A stretch of 64,000 nt of DNA from Escherichia phage vB_EcoM-pEB20: the sequence record OP114733. One strand, 5' to 3'. A model generated the notes under the pieces. The model was not told the origin of the DNA. It saw only the letters and a list, made by a program, of their open reading frames with translations, and searched no databases. A program made the position numbers and the translations under genes. This document shows, piece after piece, positions 41,814 through 51,055 of this stretch. Position 1 is the first letter of the stretch. Every line of letters begins with the position of its first letter.

Positions 41814-42107
41814 GTTTTAGGTGATTCGCTACCTTAGTGCGGCTAGAAAATCGAGGAGCCGTCGAACTGTCTGATTAATGATTTGCGAATCATTATAGTT
41901 TTAAGACCCCGACAGTTTTACGGTGTACCTCTTGAATGTATTTTATACTATCACGCGTCAGAAAAAGGTTATCTGTCTAAGTCGTGGTTGGTATGATGAC
42001 GGGTTTATGGTTATCCTGTCGTTAAATATCCAAAACCTATGTTCCCCTTGAGGGCTTGCGCAGGCAATGTCAATAAGTCCTGCATTTTCATTTAAAGAGA
42101 ATTTATA

Positions 42108-42287
42108 ATGGCAAAACAAGCTAAAGCAAAGAAAGCAGTTGAAAAGAAAGTTGATGGTACCTCTAAACGCGCTGGATACAAGCGTGGGTCGAACTCTCGT
42201 ATTAATCAAACAGTTGAGAAGATCATGCGCAGAGCACGTGCAGTTCTTCGAGATGATGCTTCTCGTTTTGGAAAGGTTGTTGCATAA
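42108..42287 (+). CDS. small basic protein (59 aa)
   Basis: MAKQAKAKKAVEKKVDGTSKRAGYKRGSNSR...; followed by GGGAGACTTCGGTCTCCC-T4 terminator; below ORF-track cutoff. Confidence 0.45.
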   Translation: MAKQAKAKKAVEKKVDGTSKRAGYKRGSNSRINQTVEKIMRRARAVLRDDASRFGKVVA

Positions 42288-42292
42288 TTTTA

Positions 42293-42314
42293 GGGAGACT
42301 TCGGTCTCCCTTTT
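42293..42314 (+). terminator. intrinsic terminator GGGAGACTTCGGTCTCCC + T4 (identical to 27518-27539)
   Basis: identical hairpin/T-run sequence reused. Confidence 0.8.
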
Positions 42315-42346
42315 GTGCGTTTAGGGCAGAAAAAGTTTAAAAAGAT

Positions 42347-42375
42347 GTTTACTCTCCTGTAGGATGTGTTACTAT
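42347..42375 (+). promoter_or_regulatory. early promoter (GTTTAC-N17-TACTAT)
   Basis: consensus match; homologous to promoter at 42791. Confidence 0.55.
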
Positions 42376-42417
42376 AGACTTGTACCACCTAATCAATAAA
42401 ACAACCTGGAGAACAAA

Positions 42418-42786
42418 ATGAAAATCAATCTGAACTCATACATCAAATGTAAAGACCACGATGGTTATAAAGCTATCGAAATTAAAGAATTCCAGTGGAT
42501 GTTATACAAAGAGCAATTTGAGTTCGTAGGTTGTATGACCCCTGAAGGTCCTTCTGATGATTTCTCTTGGAAAATTGTGTTAGCAAACTTTTTCACAGGT
42601 GACACATACGAATTAAAAACTATTATTACCGGTAAAATTCGTTCAGAAACATATGTTGACGAAGAAACTGGTTACTCTGAAGATGTTACATGGTATCAAA
42701 ATGGGCGCATTACAGCAGATAACCTGATCGAAAAAATGAAAGCCAAAGGTGTTTTAAATTTAGACAATTGGATTAAAGTTGCATAA
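42418..42786 (+). CDS. hypothetical protein (122 aa)
   Basis: ORF with GGAGAA RBS and its own early promoter. Confidence 0.55.
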   Translation: MKINLNSYIKCKDHDGYKAIEIKEFQWMLYKEQFEFVGCMTPEGPSDDFSWKIVLANFFTGDTYELKTIITGKIRSETYVDEETGYSEDVTWYQNGRITADNLIEKMKAKGVLNLDNWIKVA

Positions 42787-42790
42787 AACA

Positions 42791-42819
42791 GTTTACTTTG
42801 GTACAGGTTATGTTATTAT
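42791..42819 (+). promoter_or_regulatory. early promoter (GTTTAC-N17-TATTAT)
   Basis: consensus match; 9-bp inverted repeat GGTACAGGT/ACCTGTACC (42800-42808 / 42822-42830). Confidence 0.6.
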
Positions 42820-42860
42820 AGACCTGTACCAACAAACAACTTAAACATCTGGAGAATAAA

Positions 42861-43226
42861 ATGAACTACACCAACTTCGAACGTAAATATGTTTCTAACG
42901 GTATTGCTGGTTCTTCTGAAGTTATTTGCTTATGGAAACACGAAAACGGTACAGTTTGTGAAATCGAACAGTGCATGACTCCTAATTACGTTTATATGCG
43001 ATTTGAAAATGGTATCACGGTTTCAATCACGATGGAAGGTTCAAATTTTAAAATTGCATTAGATGATGATTTCCGTCAGCGTGATTTAGGTACTCATCCT
43101 TGCTGGAATGGTGTTAATCGTAAACTTCTGGTTAAAACTTGGATTCGTCATATCCTGAGTAACCGAGCTAAACCTGAACATCTCGAAGCAATCTTTGATG
43201 TAGTTCTTAACGAATTTGATATCTAA
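42861..43226 (+). CDS. hypothetical protein (121 aa)
   Basis: ORF with GGAGAA RBS and its own early promoter. Confidence 0.55.
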   Translation: MNYTNFERKYVSNGIAGSSEVICLWKHENGTVCEIEQCMTPNYVYMRFENGITVSITMEGSNFKIALDDDFRQRDLGTHPCWNGVNRKLLVKTWIRHILSNRAKPEHLEAIFDVVLNEFDI

Positions 43227-43233
43227 ATTAATT

Positions 43234-43249
43234 GGGAGCTTCGGCTCCC
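43234..43249 (+). terminator. hairpin GGGAGCTTCGGCTCCC (no T-run; identical stem-loop to 10856-10871)
   Basis: UUCG-loop hairpin directly before RBS of next ORF; may be an RNA stability or processing element rather than a terminator. Confidence 0.4.
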
Positions 43250-43261
43250 ACTGAGGAAATT

Positions 43262-43876
43262 ATGTTTAAAGTTAATACTTTTTATAAAATGAATTTTAAA
43301 AATGGGGATATTACTCCACGCCTTAAAAACATGTTCTCATATGACCTTATTGAGCCTTTTGAAGTTTTAGAAGTTACTGATGCCGGCTCAGTTTGTGAAA
43401 TTAGAACTTCTGAAGGTAAAATTTATCAGGCCGGTGTTGGTAAATTCAGTAATTGTTTTACTTTAATATTCTCGACCGATTTAGATGAGCATTTTATTGA
43501 ATGTCCTAACCCTAAGGTCTATGAAGTTCCACATCAAGAAACTAAGAAAAATGGACCGCACGAATATACGAAGGTTGAAACTCCTCACGGCGTGATGTGG
43601 CGACATAACTCTCCTTTTGGAAGTAAAGGAACATTTGCTCAACTGGCTAAGCCCTACGACGATGAAAAATATGTAGTAGTCCTTTTATCTGAACAGGGTA
43701 CTCAAGACCGTGGATGCCAGCGTTCCGGTTTATTGAGTGAACTCGAAGCTCATAACCTAGCACGTGAATTCGTTGAGAAAAATCCTGGTTCTGAAGCTCT
43801 AGTCATGAAAGCAATTACTCAATATATCACTGCTCAACCTGTTGTTCATCCGGTAGAAATTAATTTCATTAAGTAG
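43262..43876 (+). CDS. hypothetical protein (about 204 aa)
   Basis: ATG 43262 follows hairpin and GAGGAAA RBS; ORF-track start 43232 lies inside the hairpin. Confidence 0.55.
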   Translation: MFKVNTFYKMNFKNGDITPRLKNMFSYDLIEPFEVLEVTDAGSVCEIRTSEGKIYQAGVGKFSNCFTLIFSTDLDEHFIECPNPKVYEVPHQETKKNGPHEYTKVETPHGVMWRHNSPFGSKGTFAQLAKPYDDEKYVVVLLSEQGTQDRGCQRSGLLSELEAHNLAREFVEKNPGSEALVMKAITQYITAQPVVHPVEINFIK

Positions 43877-43930
43877 TGTACATCCAAGGACGGATTAGAG
43901 TATAATGATTTCTTTAGTAAGTGGAAAAAT

Positions 43931-44128
43931 ATGAAATTTTTAATAGCACAAACAGTCCAATTAAAAGGTGTTGGAATCCCTGGGATGATTTTTAAAGTTC
44001 TCAACGAATTTAAAACTGCCGCTGGAATTATCAATGAAGCGTATGCTGTTCAATGGGTTGATGGGACTTCTGACATACGTATGGGTAAAGAGTTATCTCC
44101 TATTAAAGGGTTGAAACATGTTGAATAA
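43931..44128 (+). CDS. hypothetical protein (65 aa)
   Basis: ORF-track ORF. Confidence 0.45.
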   Translation: MKFLIAQTVQLKGVGIPGMIFKVLNEFKTAAGIINEAYAVQWVDGTSDIRMGKELSPIKGLKHVE

Positions 44129-44336
44129 ATTAATCCAGAAATTGTTTGGTACGGAAATGATTGAAGTTACTTATCGTGTAACCGACGTTTTTCCATATTA
44201 CGCGGAAAACCGTTTAGAACCATACGTTACGTCAATTAAAATGCCTAAAAATGACAGAAATTTATCTATCGAAGACCGTATACCTGGATACGGACATTGG
44301 GCTGATGTTGAAATTATAAGTGTTAAAGATGTCTGA
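44118..44336 (+). CDS. hypothetical protein (72 aa)
   Basis: ORF-track ORF. Confidence 0.45.
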   Translation: MLNKLIQKLFGTEMIEVTYRVTDVFPYYAENRLEPYVTSIKMPKNDRNLSIEDRIPGYGHWADVEIISVKDV

Positions 44337-44787
44337 ATTAGAAATAAGAAGTAATTTCAAATGGCCGTCATGTGCATTAAGTAACTTTGCTCAATGGCCT
44401 TTTGTTATGGATGGTATTCAATTCGGAGGTCTTGAAGGATTTCTCCAAGGATGTAAGGTGAAAAATGTTGAACAACAAAGACGTATATTTGGGTTGTCTG
44501 GATTGGCTGCACAGCAAGCTGGAAGGTCTTACGCAAGAGCTCAGGACCGTGGGACTCTCTTCTGGTTAGGAGTTCCATTTTCAAGATACTCTGAAGCGTG
44601 GAAAGAATTATACACAAATGCATATTTTGAAGCCGCGATCCAAAACAAGGGGTTTCGTGATGCCTTACAAGCCTCTAAAGGAAAAATTTTGAAGCACAGC
44701 ATGGCCAGCCACCTAACAAAAGATGATACAATACTAACTGAAGCTGAATTTATTGATGTGTTAAACCTATTAAGAGACTCTTTATGA
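44329..44787 (+). CDS. NADAR-domain protein (YbiA/DUF1768-like), candidate ADP-ribose-processing enzyme
   Basis: SNFAQWPFVMDGIQFGGLEGFLQGCK aligns with E. coli YbiA SNFAAWPIKVDGKTWPTSEHYFQAQK; start taken at ATG 44329 (ORF track begins at GTG 44320). Confidence 0.65.
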   Translation: MSELEIRSNFKWPSCALSNFAQWPFVMDGIQFGGLEGFLQGCKVKNVEQQRRIFGLSGLAAQQAGRSYARAQDRGTLFWLGVPFSRYSEAWKELYTNAYFEAAIQNKGFRDALQASKGKILKHSMASHLTKDDTILTEAEFIDVLNLLRDSL

Positions 44788-45608
44788 AGCCTACTATTTT
44801 GACTGATATTGATGGTGTATGTTTAAGCTGGCAATCTGGACTTCCTTATTTTGCCCAAAAATATAATCTTCCATTAGAACATATTTTAAAAATGATTCAG
44901 GACGAAAAATTTATTTCTCCTGGTAAACTATTCAATACCGACGATAACCTCGGTAAACAATTAATAGAAAAATATAATCGCTCTGATTTTATTCGTTACT
45001 TAGCGCCTTATTCGGATGCTCTTCGAGTTATCAATAAACTAAAAGAAGACTATAATTTTGTAGCCGTGACGGCGCTAGGTGATTCAATTGATGCTCGATT
45101 GAATAGACAATTTAATTTGAATGCTTTGTTCCCAGGCGCTTTCTCTGAAGTAATGATGTGTGGTCATGATTCTTCAAAGGAACAATTATTTGAACTAGCT
45201 AAAACAAAATATAACGTGATTTGTTACGTTGACGATTTAGCTCATCACTGTGACCATGCGGCAGAAATTCTTAATGTACCGATTTATTGGTTGGCTCGTG
45301 GTGAGCGTGATGCCATTCCTCGTACTGCACAACGTGTACACACGTGGGATGATATTGAATCTCGTTTGGTTCTGCCTAAGAATAATTCAGATTCAGATCG
45401 TGAAGACCTTTTAAAACGATTGGCGGATTTGCTTAAAGAATCTGGTGCAACAAGTCCAGGTGCATGGCCTAATCAAATTGGTGGCCCCTCGACAACACGT
45501 ACTCCATATACCTGGCGAACCCCAGGACCAACTGATATGCAGCCGTGGTGGACGATTCAAAACTTTCCTTTAGATTCGTCTAAATGGACTTGGTCTATAA
45601 ATTGTTAA
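44784..45608 (+). CDS. HAD-superfamily hydrolase-like protein with Pro/Trp/Thr-rich C-terminal tail
   Basis: 274-aa ORF; N-terminal ILTDIDGV (DxDG motif I); ATGA-coupled to NADAR ORF. Confidence 0.55.
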   Translation: MKPTILTDIDGVCLSWQSGLPYFAQKYNLPLEHILKMIQDEKFISPGKLFNTDDNLGKQLIEKYNRSDFIRYLAPYSDALRVINKLKEDYNFVAVTALGDSIDARLNRQFNLNALFPGAFSEVMMCGHDSSKEQLFELAKTKYNVICYVDDLAHHCDHAAEILNVPIYWLARGERDAIPRTAQRVHTWDDIESRLVLPKNNSDSDREDLLKRLADLLKESGATSPGAWPNQIGGPSTTRTPYTWRTPGPTDMQPWWTIQNFPLDSSKWTWSINC

Positions 45609-45617
45609 GGGATAATT

Positions 45618-45887
45618 ATGTTTGTAGTTCATGATATTACAGATGGCAAAAACACAACGCGTGACTACGGTCACGTTAACATGTTCTTTCGAGACTGGCC
45701 ATTGTTTCGTTCAGTAAAAGACGCAGAAATATTTAAAGAGTGTGTTGAACAAGGGTTCATCTACATTTCAGAATATTATGTTGAAGGACTCGGTAAATGG
45801 ATTACCACTTATCAGAAAACGCTGAAATCGCTTCTAGATGAAGTGGCTTATAATAGAACCGTAACCAAAATTGAGGACATCAAATGA
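45618..45887 (+). CDS. hypothetical protein (89 aa)
   Basis: ORF-track ORF overlapping ligase start. Confidence 0.5.
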   Translation: MFVVHDITDGKNTTRDYGHVNMFFRDWPLFRSVKDAEIFKECVEQGFIYISEYYVEGLGKWITTYQKTLKSLLDEVAYNRTVTKIEDIK

Positions 45888-47377
45888 TTTTAGATATTTT
45901 AAACCAAATAGCTGCGATCGGTTCTACTAAAACAAAACAAGAAATCCTTAAGAAAAATAAGGACAACAAATTACTTGAACGTGTGTATCGTTTAACATAT
46001 GCACGTGGTATCCAGTATTATATTAAGAAATGGCCAGGACCAGGTGAAAGGTCCCAAGCATATGGTCTTCTTGAATTAGATGACATGTTGGATTTTATTG
46101 AGTTCACATTAGCCACTCGTAAACTCACTGGTAATGCTGCAATTAAAGAGCTCATGGGTTATATCGCTGACGGTAAACCTGATGATGTAGAAGTCCTTCG
46201 TCGTGTAATGATGCGCGACCTTGAAGTAGGTGCTTCAGTGTCTATCGCGAATAAGGTGTGGCCTGGACTTATTCAATTGCAACCACAGATGTTAGCATCT
46301 GCATATGACGAGAAATTGATTACTAAAAATATTAAATGGCCTGCATTTGCTCAATTAAAAGCCGATGGTGCTCGTTGTTTCGCTGAAGTTCGCGATGATG
46401 GTGTTCAATTCTTTTCTCGTGCCGGTAATGAATACCATGGTCTTACTCTATTAGCGGATGAACTAATGGAAATGACTAAAGAAGCTCGTGAAAGACACCC
46501 TAATGGGGTTTTAATCGACGGTGAATTAGTTTATCATTCATTCGATATTAAAAAGGCTGTGAGCTCAGGAAATGACCTGTCGTTCTTATTTGGTGATAAT
46601 GAAGAATCCGAAGAAGTACAGGTTGCAGACCGTAGCACTTCAAATGGTTTAGCAAATAAATCTCTTCAAGGGACTATTTCTCCTAAAGAAGCGGAAGGTA
46701 TGGTTCTTCAAGCCTGGGACTATGTTCCTTTAGATGAAGTCTATTCTGACGGCAAAATTAAAGGTCAGAAATACGATGTTCGTTTTGCTGCTCTTGAAAA
46801 TATGGCTGAAGGCTTTAAACGAATTGAGCCAATTGAAAATCAGTTAGTTCGTAATCTTGACGAAGCTAAAGTGGTTTATAAAAAATATGTTGACCAAGGT
46901 CTTGAAGGTATTATCCTTAAAAACCGTGATTCATATTGGGAAAACAAACGTTCTAAGAACCTAATTAAATTTAAAGAAGTTATTGATATCGCTTTAGAAG
47001 TTGTAGGATACTATGAACACTCTAAAGACCCTAACAAATTAGGTGGTGTCGAACTCGTATCACGTTGTCGTCGTATTACAACCGACTGTGGTTCAGGGTT
47101 TAAAGATACAACTCATAAAACAGTTGACGGTGTAAAGGTTCTTATTCCTTTAGACGAGCGTCATGATTTAGACCGTGAACGATTAATGACCGAAGCTCGT
47201 GAAGGTAAATTAATTGGACGTATCGCTGATTGTGAATGTAATGGTTGGGTTCATTCTAAAGGCCGTGAAGGTACTGTAGGTATTTTCCTTCCAATTATTA
47301 AAGGGTTCCGTTTTGATAAAACAGAAGCGGATTCATTTGAAGACGTATTTGGACCGTGGTCCCAGACAGGTTTATAA
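45884..47377 (+). CDS. 30: ATP-dependent DNA ligase
   Basis: 497-aa ORF; adenylation motif KADGARC; position upstream of alt. Confidence 0.9.
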   Translation: MILDILNQIAAIGSTKTKQEILKKNKDNKLLERVYRLTYARGIQYYIKKWPGPGERSQAYGLLELDDMLDFIEFTLATRKLTGNAAIKELMGYIADGKPDDVEVLRRVMMRDLEVGASVSIANKVWPGLIQLQPQMLASAYDEKLITKNIKWPAFAQLKADGARCFAEVRDDGVQFFSRAGNEYHGLTLLADELMEMTKEARERHPNGVLIDGELVYHSFDIKKAVSSGNDLSFLFGDNEESEEVQVADRSTSNGLANKSLQGTISPKEAEGMVLQAWDYVPLDEVYSDGKIKGQKYDVRFAALENMAEGFKRIEPIENQLVRNLDEAKVVYKKYVDQGLEGIILKNRDSYWENKRSKNLIKFKEVIDIALEVVGYYEHSKDPNKLGGVELVSRCRRITTDCGSGFKDTTHKTVDGVKVLIPLDERHDLDRERLMTEAREGKLIGRIADCECNGWVHSKGREGTVGIFLPIIKGFRFDKTEADSFEDVFGPWSQTGL

Positions 47378-47565
47378 TGAAAGCTTATTTAGAAACAGTA
47401 ATTGTCGCTAATAAAGATGGTGGCGATGTTTCCACCTCTTGTTCCCAAATTGTATTAGATTTTCCTAATAACGATTCCTATCATATTTTTATGGACAATT
47501 TTGATAAGTACGAAAAAGGCCCTAATTTTGAAGTTTATCGTACTTTGCTCCCGATTGTGGATTAA
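47377..47565 (+). CDS. hypothetical protein (62 aa)
   Basis: TAATG-coupled to ligase stop; followed by AGAGCCTTCGGGCTCT-T4 terminator. Confidence 0.45.
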   Translation: MKAYLETVIVANKDGGDVSTSCSQIVLDFPNNDSYHIFMDNFDKYEKGPNFEVYRTLLPIVD

Positions 47566-47584
47566 GAGCCTTCGGGCTCTTTTT
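47565..47584 (+). terminator. intrinsic terminator AGAGCCTTCGGGCTCT + T4 before alt
   Basis: GC stem, UUCG loop, T-run. Confidence 0.7.
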
Positions 47585-47620
47585 GGCATAAATATAAATT
47601 ATTACTAAAAGGAAAACACT

Positions 47621-49708
47621 ATGTCTGAACAATTAAATGAAGTGTTTGAATCTGAAGGCAGTCTTCCTGTCGTCAATTTGAACCCTAAAGCTAAAGTTCC
47701 ACAAGTCTGGAAAATTGGTGATATCGATACAAATATTGTAGTTCGTTTATTCTCTTACCTTTCCGAAGGCGATGCTGTAAAACAAGTTAAACTCGGCGAC
47801 AAATACGCTCATGTTGTTATTATGAGTCTGTCTGAAAAGGGTAATCTCGCTGAATTGAAAAATGGCCTTGGTCCTGCTCCTATTGATGCAATCAACACCA
47901 TTTTCAATACAGTATATGAACAAGTTAAAGCTCTTCGTATGGATGCAGTTCTGTTCCGATTCCCTACCAAGAAATTGAAAGGACGTGGACAACAGCTTCA
48001 AACTCTTCTTGCTCGTTTAGTTTCTACTAAAACTGGTGGTCGTTTTAAAGTATTGTCGGCAATGTATCAATTCACAGGTAAACACACCTATGTGATGATG
48101 GTTCGTAAAAATGCCAACATTGAAGATATTAAAGGCATCCCTAACATTAACACAGAGTTGTACACGAAAGTAGATTCTGATGTTGGCGAAGTTTATGTGA
48201 GTAAAAAGACCGGCGAAACGGTCACCAAAGAAACGGCTATCGCTGGTTCTATTGCTGCTGTAGAAGAAAAACGTAAAGATAAGCCTGTTATTGCTCGTAC
48301 TAAAATTTCTCGTCGTGCTATTGCAGCAAGTCAATCTTTAGAAGCTGACCGACAAGAAGGTGAGTTATTCCAGAAATACGAAAATTCTGCTAAAGAAGTT
48401 AGTGGCCCAGCTACAGCCGAATTACTTCCTGAAGCATATGAAATCGTACTAGCCCAAGCATCATCCACAGCAAAAGGCACTTTAGTTGCTGATATCGAAA
48501 ATAAGATTTATAATCGTATTGATGAATCCTTTAGATTTGCTGATGAAGTTTCTTATGGTAGTGTTATTAAACCAACTTTAGAAAAGTTTGCTAAGAAAAT
48601 TAAAACTGAAAAAACAACATCTGTTAAAGCATTAGCTGCTTTTGTTGAAGCTGCAAATGAAATTGCAGACTCTATTAAAGACGAATGGTTTGAAGATTTT
48701 AGACGTGATAATTTCCAACTGGCCGACGATGTTTTAGCTGAAGTATCTGAAAAAACTTGGAAACAACGTAAATCAGCGTTCTTGTCTAATGTGATGTATA
48801 CTTATGCACGAGAATCGGCTAGAGGCACCTTTAATATAACAATGAATCGGGTCCCTCAACAATACTCTGTTGCTGAAAAACGAGCTATTCGTGAATATGC
48901 CTCTTCTGCGTATACCGATATCAATAATATGTTGTTAGGTCGTTATAAACCAGATTTTTACGATGTTGCAGATGAAGATGAAGTTAAACGCGCTATCGAT
49001 GGTCTTGATTCGGCGTTTTTAAATGGAGACCGTTTACCTGAAGGACTAACGTTATATAGAGCTCAGTCTATCAGAATGCCTATTTACGAAGCAATGGTTA
49101 AAAATAAGGTATTCTACTTCAGAAACTATGTTTCCACTTCACTAGCTCCTATTATTTTCGGTGGGTTTAAAGAGAACGTTGCCCTTGGACTTGCTCCTGA
49201 AGAAGTTCGCAAAGAGCTTAACATTGACAATAATGATGAAGGTGTTACTATTTCTCCTAGCCTGGTGCGTACCGCTATGCATGCGCCAGAACAAATTCGT
49301 GTTAATGTTGGATGGGCTATTGATGGCGCCCATAAAGTTAACGTGATTTATCCGGGACAGTTGAGTAATCACCCTAATGAGCAAGAAATTATTTTGCCTA
49401 GAGGCATTCTCTTGCAGATAAATAAAATTACAGATGCGTCATCTGACACTGGTGCAGGTTTAGAATCCAACCTTAAATTTATTCAAGCTGAAGTCATGTC
49501 CTCGGACCAGTTGGATGAAGCCGTCATTTACGATGGTGATGTTCTCATGGAAACAGGCGAGGTGGTTGCTATGACGGGTGAAATCGAATCAGATGAGCCG
49601 GTATCTTTTGCCTCATTTGTAGAAAAAACTAGTGCACCTAAAGGTTTGAAATTGTTAGCATCTTTAATGGATTTAGAATCAGTTCCGTTTAAATTTGTCC
49701 AAGGATAG
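47621..49708 (+). CDS. alt: Alt-like ADP-ribosyltransferase (packaged head protein)
   Basis: 695-aa ORF at the alt position downstream of ligase; size close to T4 Alt; sequence identity not verified. Confidence 0.7.
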   Translation: MSEQLNEVFESEGSLPVVNLNPKAKVPQVWKIGDIDTNIVVRLFSYLSEGDAVKQVKLGDKYAHVVIMSLSEKGNLAELKNGLGPAPIDAINTIFNTVYEQVKALRMDAVLFRFPTKKLKGRGQQLQTLLARLVSTKTGGRFKVLSAMYQFTGKHTYVMMVRKNANIEDIKGIPNINTELYTKVDSDVGEVYVSKKTGETVTKETAIAGSIAAVEEKRKDKPVIARTKISRRAIAASQSLEADRQEGELFQKYENSAKEVSGPATAELLPEAYEIVLAQASSTAKGTLVADIENKIYNRIDESFRFADEVSYGSVIKPTLEKFAKKIKTEKTTSVKALAAFVEAANEIADSIKDEWFEDFRRDNFQLADDVLAEVSEKTWKQRKSAFLSNVMYTYARESARGTFNITMNRVPQQYSVAEKRAIREYASSAYTDINNMLLGRYKPDFYDVADEDEVKRAIDGLDSAFLNGDRLPEGLTLYRAQSIRMPIYEAMVKNKVFYFRNYVSTSLAPIIFGGFKENVALGLAPEEVRKELNIDNNDEGVTISPSLVRTAMHAPEQIRVNVGWAIDGAHKVNVIYPGQLSNHPNEQEIILPRGILLQINKITDASSDTGAGLESNLKFIQAEVMSSDQLDEAVIYDGDVLMETGEVVAMTGEIESDEPVSFASFVEKTSAPKGLKLLASLMDLESVPFKFVQG

Positions 49709-49737
49709 TTTACAAACACATGGATGTGTGATACTAT
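49708..49737 (+). promoter_or_regulatory. early promoter (GTTTAC-N18-TACTAT)
   Basis: consensus match; leader shared with 27566 promoter. Confidence 0.55.
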
Positions 49738-49766
49738 CATCCCATCAACAACATGAGGAAAACGTT

Positions 49767-50060
49767 ATGAAATCTATGCTTCGCTTTAATGGTCAAGAAC
49801 TAGTAGTTGAAGATGCTATCCCAGCGGATGATGTTTTTAACGAAGCTGTGATTGACGAATTGAATCGAGTATTCCCAGGTGCATTCCATATTGCTATGGA
49901 ACCTCTTAAAAACTTTCGTGACCCTGAGCACACTGATCAAATTTTTATCGGTGTGGTGACAGGTCATTTAGAAACAGAGGTACCAATGGTCGTATTAGTT
50001 AAATACTCTAAAGATGATACTCCATTCCGAGCACCAGCATTCCTTTCATTCCGTAAATAA
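49767..50060 (+). CDS. hypothetical protein (97 aa)
   Basis: ATG 49767 after GAGGAAA RBS and early promoter; ORF-track start 49695 lies upstream of the promoter. Confidence 0.5.
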   Translation: MKSMLRFNGQELVVEDAIPADDVFNEAVIDELNRVFPGAFHIAMEPLKNFRDPEHTDQIFIGVVTGHLETEVPMVVLVKYSKDDTPFRAPAFLSFRK

Positions 50061-50069
50061 ACCCCTAAA

Positions 50070-50091
50070 GGGAGACGTTGTCTCCCTTTTT
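50070..50091. terminator. bidirectional hairpin GGGAGACGTTGTCTCCC + T5 between convergent + strand ORF and gene 54
   Basis: stem-loop with T-run on + strand; lies between convergent transcription units. Confidence 0.6.
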
Positions 50092-50092
50092 C

Positions 50093-51055
50093 TTATAGTC
50101 CTAAAACTCTTGACGCAGAATTCACAACACCTGTCAATGTGTTTATATTAGACACACCACCAGCAGTCCCACCTAATCTAGAAAGTCTTGATACTGCACT
50201 TCCTAGGCCAGAATCATTCTGATTATTTCCAAACATTCCTGAAACACTACTAATAAGTCCTGATTCCAGCCATTCTAAAGCAGCCTGTCTATTTACAGCA
50301 CCTGATTGCATAACGCGATAAGCAAATGTTACATCAAAAACTGTTATCTGATTATCACCATCATACGTTAACTCAGGAGAAGAGACACTAACAGGAATAC
50401 ATCCGGTGAACATGACAGCGGTATGTGGTAAACCATTTCGCGCATGTAAATTAACCTGAATATCTGCTTCGACGTCTTGTGGTAAAGCGCGAAGACCCGT
50501 TACAGGGTCTTGGACCGAGTTTACCCAGTCTTGCATTGCTCTAAAGTTAGATGCTTCAGAATCCATTCTAAAGCTTATTACTAACGGGTCCATTTCACGG
50601 CCGGTAATTCGGATGTTCGGGGAGTTATAGTTGAAATCCGTTTCGTAAGATAATCGGTTCTCAGGCATTTTTACAGAATAAATCATTAAACCTGTATTAT
50701 TATATGCCATATTGAAGAAGTCTATCAGATAAGCTCCTACTGTGAACTCACCTAACAAGCTTTGTACCGTACGTTGACTCATTGCTCCAATCAGATATTT
50801 ACTTATACCTGATTTTCGAATTAATTTCTGTGTTCCTGCTGTAATCAGGGTTGTTACGCCCTGATTGATATCACCTTGAGTCAATCCTAGCCAATCGGAA
50901 TCCAACCCTAAGTTATTATAAGCAAAACTACCAATTGACGAAATTAGTGAAGACGATTTGGTTGATGGCGTAGTAGCAAATACACAACTAAACATATTGT
51001 TTCGTTGGAAATCCGCATTTATAGCTTGGTTATTAAATTCTTCTAAAGAGTACAT
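50093..51055 (-). CDS. 54: baseplate-tail tube junction protein gp54
   Basis: 320-aa ORF (T4 length), position next to gene 48. Confidence 0.8.
   Translation of the reverse strand: MYSLEEFNNQAINADFQRNNMFSCVFATTPSTKSSSLISSIGSFAYNNLGLDSDWLGLTQGDINQGVTTLITAGTQKLIRKSGISKYLIGAMSQRTVQSLLGEFTVGAYLIDFFNMAYNNTGLMIYSVKMPENRLSYETDFNYNSPNIRITGREMDPLVISFRMDSEASNFRAMQDWVNSVQDPVTGLRALPQDVEADIQVNLHARNGLPHTAVMFTGCIPVSVSSPELTYDGDNQITVFDVTFAYRVMQSGAVNRQAALEWLESGLISSVSGMFGNNQNDSGLGSAVSRLSRLGGTAGGVSNINTLTGVVNSASRVLGL

Noticed and set aside
41958-42209. Minus-strand 83-aa ORF in the rIII downstream region
   Set aside because: Low-complexity hydrophobic translation, opposite to local transcription direction, overlaps the + strand 59-aa ORF and terminator; likely spurious.
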